From Hyphochytrium catenoides (Eukaryota > Protista > Hyphochytriomycota), in the NCBI GenBank assembly GCA_900088475.1, contig FLMG01003792.1:1-64000 (forward strand): a stretch of 64,000 nucleotides of DNA. Reading direction: 5' to 3'. The translations under genes and the position numbers were made by a program. The notes beneath the pieces were generated by a model. That model was not told the origin of the DNA, ran no database searches, and saw only the letters and a list, made by a program, of their open reading frames with translations. Shown here piece by piece: positions 38,359 through 49,029 of this stretch; the first letter of the stretch is position 1, and each line of letters begins with the position of its first letter.

Positions 38359-39899
38359 ACCCGTGCTGTTAATCGCTCTTCGGCCGAACCTTAGGTCTCC
38401 CTGGCTGGTGACGCGTTGCTGCCGAGCGTCTGCGCGCTTGGTGTTAGTAAGAGGACTGTCGGACTGGTGGTCCTGCACAGCTTGTTCCTCTACGAACTCT
38501 ACTTCGGCGGCATATAAAGGTGCGCTCCACTGTCCTCTAGCTGCTGCCGCCACAGGGCGCGGGTAGCAAATCAGTGAATGTAGAAGTAGATGACGGCGGT
38601 ACGCCCTGGATTAGTGGTGAAAAGCGGGGTCTCCGTTTGAAGCGTGGGATCTTGTAATGTAAGAAGACGGGCTAGTGAGTGCTAGGTCTTCACTTTAGCT
38701 GGCCAGGCCTGAGTTAGACTAGCGGGCAGAGGAAGACTTTAACTCCGGCGCTAACATAACGGCTTTGGTATCAGAAAGAAGTTATTAACTATCCTCTAGC
38801 CAGGAGTTAGTTAGGGCGGAAGAAGGTAGTAGAGTAGAGCGATAGACAGAAGAGAGCGAGAGGGAGAAAGANNNNNNNNNNNNNNNNNNNNNNNNNNNNN
38901 NNNGAAGAGAGATAAACCGAATGGTTTCTACTAAAAGTGCGCTGCAAGAGAAAGTTGTTCACAGCCCTGAGTAATTCTTGCCCTTGTTAATGAAGCGGAA
39001 TGTTCTCAGTCCTGAGTAGTACTTCCAAGTCCATACATAACACCTTCCCCTTTGAGATTCTTCGCCAGTAGGAAATAAGGTGTCGGTTGACGATAATTTA
39101 ATGACTCTTACGAATGCCTTTTGGTTAGTGGAGGGCGCTCCTCCCTTGGGTCATCTTAAGCTCAGCTACACCAATATTTCACCATCTGACCGCTTCAGCC
39201 TACTGAGAGGGGTGTGAGTAAGAGGTTCCTACGCTGGTGGCTTGTCTCAATAGCCGAACCTTTAGCTCAGAACACAACGAAGTCGCGCAAAGCCATGCTT
39301 GCTAAGTATCAGCAGCACACCTGTAAATGCAAGAAGGCAGACAATAGCAGTGACAGTCAAGAGGTGTGTACCTATCGTAAGCTCCGCAATGAGCTGTCAG
39401 CCATCCGGATCGCAGTGTGCAGGTGCAACTCATCGAAAAAATACGTTCTTACAACATTTCTGTTGAACGCGATAAAGAAGAAAGTTGATGATAGAGGTGC
39501 TTGTTCAGTCATCTGGGATCCTATAGCTATGTAGGTCTGTATGAGCGGACAAGGTATGAGCGGAAAACGTTGACAATATTAGTTCGCAAGTCTGTGTGGC
39601 TCTCATTGAACGAGTCAGTCCCCCACGGCTACTATAAACAGTGCAACCACGTTTGTGATAAATCCACATCATGCCACCAAGAGACCCATGTCTTTTGCGC
39701 TGTATGCTCTTGAACAGGTTCCTCAAAGCCCTAGATGCTTCCCAACAAAACAGATAATATTTCTCTTTCTGGACTCACCCTGAATGCTCATCAACACCCA
39801 CCACCTGTATCGTCTGCATGCAACGAGCTGAGCCCTCAAACTCTGAAACCACCAAACTGGCGTTTACATCCACAGCTCGCATCAATGCGCCTCGCAAGC

Positions 39900-40950
39900 C
39901 ACAGACCGCTTTATCTCTGCTCGTATTGGATTGTCAGCAACTAAAGAGCACAGAACCCAAACTTGCTCACACCTCTCACCTGTTGTGATCAAAGCTGCGG
40001 CGGCCTAAGACGCAATTTAACAGGAATGCCTTCTTTGCAACTTGGCAAACCTTCCAATCAGCAAACACACGCTTGCAAACACTCTTGCAAACATGTCAAA
40101 TTGCGCGCAATTTGACTCCCCGAGTTGCTCACTCACCCCATCTTCATTGCCCTCCCTTGCCAGCAAAAAGTTGAACCAGGAAACACTTGAACCAGCAAAC
40201 AAAGCCTTGCAAACACACTTCGAATGCGGTAATTGTGCGCACTCCCAAATGCTTGCACCCCGTTTGTCTTCTGCTTGGTGCTGGTGCTGGTGTTGGGGCT
40301 GGTGGTGGTGCTGCTGCTGCTGGTGCTGTTGTTGGGGCTGGGGCTGCTGCTGGTGGTGGTGGTGCTGCTGCTGCTGGGGGCTGCTGCTGCTGGGGGGTGC
40401 TGGTGGTGGTGGTGCTGCTGCTGCATGCTCTTGCGACTCATTAGATAGCCTTCGCTTGTTGCAGCTCGATATCTTTCTTTACAGTCCATTATGGCCGGCG
40501 GCTTCATCGTCACCTCCTCCTGCCTGTATTATACAGGTAGTGTTTCTTTTTTATTGCTAGGGGACTCCTCAATGACTGCTGCTTCTCATGAATGAGGATG
40601 TTGTCGGTCGCCATCATTACTGCCAACAGCTGTTCATCAACATGATATGTTTGTTTTAGTTGTTGCGTTGATTGCCGCATCGTCATTGTGATTGCTTCAC
40701 TCTAGTCACCTCCTACTAGTAGGCTGTTGGAGGAGATATCCAAGACCTGTCGTGGTAGCGCTCGCAGTACTTGACACTCATAGCTGTAGAATAAGAATAT
40801 ACTGCAGGAGGCAGTAATGGGAAATTTTGATCGCGCCGCAGCACGGTCTGCAGCTGGGGCAACAAGAAGCACCTTATTCCCCTCCTGTTGTCAATGATAG
40901 TTAGACTCATTGGATACAAGCTTCTTTTCTGCAAACCGTGCCGTTACTTC
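39900..40950 (-). mobile_element. Probable Kyakuja-Dileera-Zisupton (KDZ) transposase relic
   Basis: Collinear decayed motifs: LQTVLRRDQNFPLLP..TAMS (CxC-like), DCKERYRAA, EDKRG..CAQLPH, FDM-x-CK, IGRFAK..HSC, AALITTGERCEQVW (KDZ/Zisupton GExxExxW motif). Confidence 0.45.
40275..40425. repeat. (TGC/TGG)n trinucleotide-rich microsatellite
   Basis: Direct reading; encodes poly-Q/H/S/T on the minus strand. Confidence 0.85.
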
Positions 40951-41062
40951 CCCTTCCTACAATTTTAGTAGCAGAATAGGTGACGTATCGTAGGGCGATC
41001 TAGCTATCAAGACAGGCTACGGGCATCCAAGAAACGAGAGCCTACAATTTTCTTGACCGCCT

Positions 41063-41208
41063 CGGGCTTTCTCCTTTGAATTTCCTTCTTCTAGCTTTAC
41101 TAGGGGCTAATGTAAGAAAGCCTCACAAGTTTATCGGGCTTTCTCCTTTGAACTCTCTTCTTCTAGCTTTACTAGGGGCTAATATTAGAGAAGCATCACG
41201 AGTTTATC
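41063..41208. repeat. 72-bp tandem duplication (2 copies)
   Basis: CGGGCTTTCTCCTTTGAA..CTTCTTCTAGCTTTACTAGGGGCTAAT..AGTTTAT begins at 41063 and again at 41135. Confidence 0.9.
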
Positions 41209-43778
41209 AGTGCAAGTAGCGTTCACTGACATCATTCAACATAGAGAAACGTCGCTGCTGCTCATCAATACCATACATGAAATGGTTTTTCTACAGAAGC
41301 GGACAAAAACATAATAACTAGTGCTACTACGATGAAAGTGCTTCAAATCCTCGTAGTTCTTATTGGTCTTACAAGCGAAGGCAGAACTATAGGATCCACC
41401 AGTACTGAGTCCCCTTCAGCTACTTAGCTTTGCTGAAGATTACGATTGACCACAACTTGGAAGGTGTCAAGATCTTCTATACTATAGATTCGTCCTCTCT
41501 CTTGCATCATAATAACTCTGCTCTCTGCAGAGCGGTAGACTTCATCAGCGAATTCACCTTCCTCAATGTTATAAGAGCAAGAATGGGGCTTTTCAAGACC
41601 CTGTAGAGTGAAGAACATGGTTTCCTTCGCATCTCCCTACGAGCAAGACAGCCGCAGTGACCATAGTACGCAATTTTGTCTTCTTGGACAGAGGCCGACA
41701 ACCGGTCAAAACTCAAGAAAGAAGGAAGGCCGAAACTCTAGTCAGGTACACTTCCAGAGCTCTAGGGAAACCTTCCTCGTGATCAGGATATTTTAACGAA
41801 CTAGGCAACGCCATTACGACGGTTGCCTTGCGTTCTAGGTCTCCCGAATAGATTACTTCCTTGTTGCCTACTACTGTAGCAGCCCGTCCTATGGTCTGCC
41901 TCTTCCGATATTCACCCCCATGTGCTGTCCCTGCCGCTTCTTGCTTCTTGCAAGTAGTAATTATAATTAGTCTTCAGGCATGTGTAGAACTATCTCCCGA
42001 CTATGACAAGCTGCAACGCTGCCGAGGGGAAAAGAATCTCTGAATATAGCATAGTCCTACAGAATTGATGTCAATAGATGTCAAAGGTTCTGTGTGTCTT
42101 ATTATGACCTGTCTTATGCCCTCGCTGAACAGGATATACTGTTCAGCGTAACAAAATAATTACGATGGAAACTTATTAGAGCCGCCATTATCATTGCACT
42201 CAACAACCACGATACGGTCTGTCTGAAAGCAGGGATGTGGAAGGAACTGGACGCACTAGGCTTGTAGCATGTAGTTTATAACTTTATAACAAATAAGAGC
42301 CTCCTCCTCTTCCCAGTACCTAGCTAGAGCCGGAGCGGAACCTGGGGATCTTTCCCCACCACATCCCTACCAGTCCCTGGTTCTTCTTGTTTCTTTCCTT
42401 CAAGGACCTGCTCTCCACTTCGTTGAGATCCCACCTCTGCCTCTCAGAGCTATAGTCTAGTGTTGTTACAGTAGCCATTGAACCGGTCCGCCCTCGGTCG
42501 CATTCTCAGGACATATCAGCAATTCTCAGGGCGAGAACCAAGTAATAGAGACGGAGAAGCTGTCTGGGAGTGAGCGATAGTAGTAGCAGCGTGAAGCTTG
42601 GTGGCGCACTAGTAGTAGAACTATCTTCTCTTCTCTTTGCTCCTTGAGTAGCTCTACCAGAGGAATCACAGCAATCAAACGAAGTACATGTGATGCGTCA
42701 TAAATGCCAGCCCTAACATTAACCTAGTAACGCTATGGGAAGGTGTTCTACTACTACTGTTTTCCCTCTAAACTACAGCTTGCCTGCCAACCTGGGAAAG
42801 CAAAGGCAACGGGATATTTTTGTAGCAATACTAATAGCCAGTCCAAAGCCCTTGTGATTGGCCATGCAACAACAAAGAACTGAAGCTACCACTAGAACTA
42901 CTGAGTATTGGCTAACAGTTCTACCCTTGAGATCACGAAGTGCTTGTCTTCTGGTCTCGAGAAGAAAAGATAGATGGAAAACAGCCTCGAGGGACTCCAC
43001 AGGCTTCCATCTCTCAATGTCCTTCCTCCCCTCCCATCTTGGGTATCATCTCAGGTATCTTTTGCGAGACCCAGCCCTAGTAATACGCCAGTGGTAAAGC
43101 TCGTATCGGTATAAATATATGTAAGTAGTAATACCATTTAGAAGCGCTCCATAGTTCTGGCGTAGTCGCAGTTAGGGCTTCCAGCTGCTCAGCTGTACAC
43201 TCAGGACCCTTCTCGACCCAACAGTTTTAGACCTTTAGCGTCGGACTAACCTAATCCTACGCCGCAACTGGTCAACATACTAGGTGAGAGCGCAATAACA
43301 AACCTAATGATTTGCCGCCTGAAGATGAAGGCTAAGTCGTTACCGGTTACCTGAATCAGAATTAAGTTCTGGAAGGTGGTTGGGGTTGCTTGGTCTGTCA
43401 TTATTATCGCACATCGTGAGTGTGAGGATGAGCGGCAGAGAGACAAAGGAAAGATAGCGGCAGGTGGCCGCGCCGACTCAGATCTCAAACCGCAATTTCA
43501 GGCTCACAAGTGGCAAGGTTGGGCGCAACAAAAGCAATAGCTCCAGACGAAAGTAGTCTTCGAGCCCTGGTTCAAAGCCACGGAGTCAACATACCAGCAA
43601 TTGCTATCGGAAAGGCGCCTTTGCTCTTGAGGGCCTCCATTGGCAGACTCTTTCTGTGTGAGCCCTGTGGCTTTTGCCTGTACCAAAGAACAATCCTCAT
43701 TGTCCAGAGAGGTGAACGACTGACGTTCTATCGCCGTTCTGTCGCGTTGCCCTGTCGAACGTCATTTGATCAAGAGTT

Positions 43779-44621
43779 ATGACTATTATGGGTAGCAGAC
43801 ATCAAACGGTGCTCAGCTTAGCACTATTGCTCACTGCATCATTGGGGTCATTGAAGACTAGTCAAGCAGAGAGCTTCTTTGAAGCTTGCGCTGGAGTTGA
43901 ATCTACCTCAAATGGCTGGATTGTTATGGACGAGCAGGCTATTGCGGCTTGTGGCGGTGGTGAGGTTCCTGACAGCCCAGCCCCAGAAGACACGCTGAAC
44001 TACATTCCGAAGCGCTACCCACCCCTGTGCACAGATGCATGCAATCAAAACATTACCAGGATCATCGCGAAGACTAAAGCAGCTAAATGCGTCTTCGCGG
44101 AAAAGTATCCTATCGAAAAATTGGTCTCCTACATTCAGGACGTCTTCTGTGTCCCAAGCACCAAGTCCAGTGACCTGTGCTTGGTAGAGCTGGCCAAGAA
44201 AACACAAGCCCTAGGAGCTAATCCCTCTGACAGAGTTCAAGCTCCTGTTCTCTGTACTGATTGCTTCAAAACTGTATACCAACGCGCCACGGGCGTCCTG
44301 CCTCCTGGAGTAACGACTATTCTCTTTGGCAAAGATGCAAGCAGCGTAACGATGAAGGCTGAATTTGATAGCGGGCCAAATCAGTTCTCCCGCGTGAAGC
44401 GCATATGTGGAGATGACTACTCGTCAACCTTTACCACTGCCCCTCCTCCCACTACACCGCCTCCAGGGACAGCCTCATCTGACAAAAAGGGTCCTTCCTC
44501 GTCAGCGGACAGCTCAAGCTCTAATGCCGCCGATACCCCTTCCTCCTCTGCCAACGGCAAGGTTGTAGATATTAGCATGACAATGCTGACGACTTTGGCT
44601 GCGGCGCTCTACGCCCTGTAG
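43779..44621 (+). CDS. Secreted 10-Cys protein with Ser/Thr/Pro stalk and GPI-type C-terminus (elicitin-like Cys spacing)
   Basis: Single 280-aa ORF: signal peptide, Cys-rich domain, TTAPPPTTPPP/SS-rich stalk, and hydrophobic end MTMLTTLAAALYAL. Confidence 0.85.
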   Translation: MTIMGSRHQTVLSLALLLTASLGSLKTSQAESFFEACAGVESTSNGWIVMDEQAIAACGGGEVPDSPAPEDTLNYIPKRYPPLCTDACNQNITRIIAKTKAAKCVFAEKYPIEKLVSYIQDVFCVPSTKSSDLCLVELAKKTQALGANPSDRVQAPVLCTDCFKTVYQRATGVLPPGVTTILFGKDASSVTMKAEFDSGPNQFSRVKRICGDDYSSTFTTAPPPTTPPPGTASSDKKGPSSSADSSSSNAADTPSSSANGKVVDISMTMLTTLAAALYAL

Positions 44622-46576
44622 TTGAGTCGCCTCTTAGCGGTCCTTCTTCTATATCGTACGAGTAGGTCGAAACAGGCTGGCTCAGGTACTGAAGAAACAT
44701 TACCTCTGCGTTGAGCGTGGCAAGTGGTGGTACATCGTACAGTACCGCTCTATTTATCCAGTATAGTTCATTATGGGCATGCAGTATTCTTCGATAGGTC
44801 TATAATAATATTAAGCCTTCTCTCTACATGTCGAATATAAACCTATGCAAGAGTCATGCTGCATATTTTCCCCTGGGAGGGTGTAGATTGACCACTGCAT
44901 CATTTGTTAAGAAAAGGGAAGCAAGTTGCCTTCCTGTCTAGCTCCATGGGCAGGAATCAAAATGAAGGCGCAGATGCCGCAAGTAGACAGACTGCGTACG
45001 GCCTAAGGCAAAACTAGCGTCCATTTTCTACGAGGTTCCTATATCAGTATCTGGCGCTGGAAAGCGCTGACCCGATTCCAACCAACTTTGCACACAGAAC
45101 AATACTACTGTCACCATGCTATTAGAGTCGATTGTTAGCCGTATCAGCTAGCCTATCATCAGGAGGAACGTCCTTGTTGGCTTGGTAGTGAGGCAAGAAA
45201 TGGCCGCTAGGGGAAAGGTAACAACAAGAAACCTTCACTGGGTATAACCGCCCACCTTATTAGGTTCTACCATAGGCGCAAGAGCCCATTGGATGAGTCT
45301 ATTAGTGTACGATGGCAATAACAAAGTCACGCAACGTTCCCAGCTTCTGGGCGGTCCTCACCCTCACGCTAGGTATCAGCTACTCCCGCTTCTTGACAAC
45401 GTCTTCGACGCACCCCAAACGGCGGAAGCCGTTAGCAGAGCTTCTCAAGGAGACACTTTGGTGGATGATGGAGACAATGGGAATTGAAAGAAGGCGTGTT
45501 AAGCCACGAGAGACGACTATTGCTGGGGAGGCATGATGCCTTATCGGCATATGGCAAGAAGTGCGGCCGACAAGGATATTGGGATAGTAAGCATCGTTTC
45601 AATTGGTCCTGGGTAGATGGCCAAACCTTCTACGCTTTAGGAGGAGCAAGATGAAGCAAGCTTGACATGGCCACCATGTAAGCTGAATCACTTCGTTGTC
45701 TCAACAGCAGGCAAAGTCAATTGCCATGCTACGTGTAGTCATGCAACTAGGTAAATTTCAGTTCCCAATCACTCACTAGAGAATCAGGTCATGCGCGGTG
45801 GCAGCAGCCGCCGCCGGCCGGCAAAGGCTTTGATTGAGATAGCTAACCATCTCTTCTTACGACTGCCTCTCGAAACAACGGCCTATAAAGACCAGCTTTC
45901 ATCATGCATTGGTAGTGGAATCTCAACACCCCTTATTACATCCTTACTTCTCTGACAGCGCTCCGCCAGAGGCCAGCAGAGACAGCTGCTGAGTAGGTCC
46001 CAACTGAGCTCTATGTATAGAGAGAGCAGCAGGCCAACCTCCTCCAGACAAACAACAAGGAGTGGAGCTCCCTAATGGCTCCAAGTACCCTGTCTGCACC
46101 ATCTCCTCCCTACAAGATCTTCGCACGGATCTGCTGCACCACCTAGCACAACCACTCCGCTGTTGCTATATCTTTTGGTCCTCCTCCTCTTCTTTCTGGC
46201 TTGGAAGGTTGTACTAGTAGTAAAGTCACTCCTCCTTTCCGTTTCATTCCTGTCTCCTCGCCTGTTGTGAGAGGTGTCCTCCTTTCTGTATAGGCGTACG
46301 CGATGTTAATCCGTACAGCTCTCATGATATAGCAGAATACCTTTAAAGATCCATCGTTGAGAGGGGTAGTAGGACGGGCGTTACCGGCTACGCTCTGGCT
46401 CTTTTTATAGGGTAGAGGCGGTTTGTCTCACCGTCGTGCCCCACAGTCGGGCAGGGAAGGTTATTTAGCGCCTGCATTTCTGTAGCACCAATAGAGAAAG
46501 AGCTTGATTCCAGTATACAGTAGAAGGAAGAGGAGGGAAGAAGGGAGAGATCCCAAGAGACATGAGCGTTATCCTC

Positions 46577-46880
46577 CACTCCCTACTCTGTCTTGCTGAC
46601 AGCTGTCTCTTTCTCTCACTCTTCTGGATCTAACTCTATTCTCTTAAGCCCTCTTCCACTCTCCTCTGTCTCACCTCTATTGTCTATGAAGTGCTATCTC
46701 TCCCTGTCACCTCCTCCCAGTTGCAGGTTCTTTCACTCCCAACTCTGTCTTGCTGACAGTTGTCTCTTCCTCTCACTCTTCCCGTCTAGCTCTATTCTCC
46801 TAATCCCTCTTCACTCTCCTCTGTCTCATCTCTATTTCTTATGAAGTGCTATCTCTACTTGGTCTCCTCATCCAAGTTGC
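46577..46880. repeat. About 157-bp tandem duplication (2 diverged copies), pyrimidine-rich
   Basis: CACTCCCxACTCTGTCTTGCTGACAG...CTATGAAGTGCTATCTCT begins at about 46577 and 46734. Confidence 0.9.
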
Positions 46881-47364
46881 CACTGTTTGCTGCACTTTGG
46901 ATGCTTCTCCTTTCATGCTTCAGGTTGGCTCTCCACTGGCTTCTTGAACAGCACTTTCTGGCTCTATCTACCCTCTAAGGACATCCTTGACACCCCACAG
47001 CCCACACCAAGCAAGGTGATTGCCATCATGCAAGCGATAAAGTCAAAGAACGGTAGGAGATGCCACCCAGTGAGGTGCCATCATCGTCCAAGGATGTGCT
47101 TTGTGGGGTTGAGAGGAAGGGTGCAAAGAGGCCGAACTGAAGGATGGAGTGACGCCTGAACAGCAAAAGAGCATCCAGCTTGATGATGCGACCTCCTCAC
47201 TACATCTTTTTCCAGTGACATAGCAGGGACGCGTGGCGCATCAAACCTACAGCTGCCCGCGTATTCTTCCTCCTCCAACTAAGGCTATAGCCTCGCGCTA
47301 CTGAAGCAAACAACCCATACCGCGCAAATCTGAAGCCTTGCTACCATCTCTTCAATCCAGCACA

Positions 47365-48444
47365 ATGAAGGGCAACACCTCTGCTATAACCTTTCTGCTC
47401 GTCGCCGCATTGGCGCTGTTCGCAGCTACGGTCACTGGAAGGCCAACAGGAGCTCCAGCGTGCCACTTTAACCTTCAGGCAGTCACAAAGGGCCATGGTC
47501 CCCCCACAGACCTTCCTGAGGTAAAAATCTCACTCTCCGCGCAATTTTATGTTCCGGGCAAAGCGCTGAAGATCTCTGTCACCGGTCCCACCGGGTGGAA
47601 AGGGCTCTTGATGTATGCTAGCGCTCAGGGAGGAGCCCCAGCTGCTGGGGCGCCAACTGCTGGGGCACCAGGTGCCGGCGCTAACCCACCCACCACGGGC
47701 CCTGCCATCCCTGGCGGTAGTGCACCCACCACAGGCGCTGCCGCCCCTGGCGCCGCCGGTCTACGCCACCTCCAGCTCGATCCAGGAGCGCCAGGGACCC
47801 CACCTCCTACAGCCGGTGGAGCACCAAGTGCACCTGCAACTGGCGGCGTTGCGACGCCTGGAGGCACCAAGAATCATGTGGGCAAGTTTATCAACCTTCC
47901 TGGCGGCTTCAAGCCACAGACTCAGCAGGCGTGTACCACTGGACAGGTCACTAACGAAGGCCTAGACGCTCTCAGCGGAGCTTCCACCATTACGCACTCC
48001 GACCCAACAGCCAAACAGGACACTACATCGTTCATCTGGCTGGCTCCTACAAAGTCTGTTGGTCCTATCACATTTTCTGCTGTGGTTAACATGGGTGCTG
48101 GGCCTGTTAGCAAGTGGATGCTGGTTGACGTCGTGGTCAAGCCTGGCAAACTAGTGAGTGGACCATCTACTGGAAGTTCTGCAGGTGGAAATGGTACGAT
48201 TGCGGTCACCCCTCCAACTCCTACTGCAGCCACTGATTCGTCATCATCGAGCACACCTACCACTGGTGACAGCAATCTCCCCCCAACTGACGACTCTGCT
48301 CCAACGGACGGAACTTCGGGTGATGCCACTGGCGGAGATGCCACTGCAACGGCTGATGGTCTTGCAGCATCAGGTGCCGACTCCAACAGGGGCAGCTGGC
48401 TCTTGCCAGTGTTCGTTGCAATGCTTGGCGTTAGCTTGAGCAAA
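47365..48444 (+). CDS. Reeler-domain cell-surface protein with signal peptide, S/T/D stalk and GPI-type tail (stop codon hidden in N gap 48445-48504)
   Basis: RPTGAPAC...H, YVPG..ISVTG..WKGLLMYA, HVGKF, C..TITHS..K...FIWLAP...GPITFSAVV are Reeler motifs. C-terminus SWLLPVFVAMLGVSLS. Confidence 0.85.
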
Positions 48445-49029
48445 NNNNNNNNNNNNNNNNNNNNNNNNNNNNNNNNNNNNNNNNNNNNNNNNNNNNNNNN
48501 NNNNCGGCGAAGATCGCTGAAAGTGGCATCGAGCTCTGCTGCTCATTCCAAAGATTAAATAAATCTCAACAATATGAATCCCATCATCTCAGTACACCGA
48601 CTCTTCTTTGGTTTATCCGCTTCCTTTGCACTTATTGCCCCAACTTTGGGCTATCACCCTCGATGTCATCTTCCGCTCTTCGTATTTAAGCAGAGTTGTC
48701 CTCCTAGTTGACATGTCCTCGTTTATCATGTCTGTTAATTCTAAAGCGGCAAGGTGGGGCAGAGCTGTGTTAAAGGTGACTAGCTTGTACTTGAATTTGA
48801 TTCTTGACTGCTGCTGATCAGAAGATCCTCACCCACGGTCGCTACTGCTAATGCCACTTAGCAACGAAAAGATGAGTGCAGAAGATCGAATCAATGAAAA
48901 GTGCGATTGAGTTAGGGAACTTTGTTTTCCCTACAGATACATATGTTCTCTCATCATCAACTGCACTGCTCTGTCGTTTTGAAGAGAAGCTTGACACTTA
49001 GCAACAGATCACCCTTCACGACCTCTAAC

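Noticed and set aside
41063-41208. Direct repeats as a possible CRISPR array
   Set aside because: Only two contiguous 72-bp copies with no unique spacers, no cas genes and a eukaryotic context.
42123-42148. 10-bp hairpin CGCTGAACAG-gatata-CTGTTCAGCG as a terminator
   Set aside because: No U-tract, eukaryotic context, and a stem this short can arise by chance.
43155-43225. A-box-like TGGCGTAGTCG suggesting a tRNA or SINE
   Set aside because: No proper B-box or cloverleaf.
48445-48558. Extension of the Reeler ORF to 48558
   Set aside because: The ORF track reads through a 60-N gap; the true stop is probably within the gap after the hydrophobic tail.
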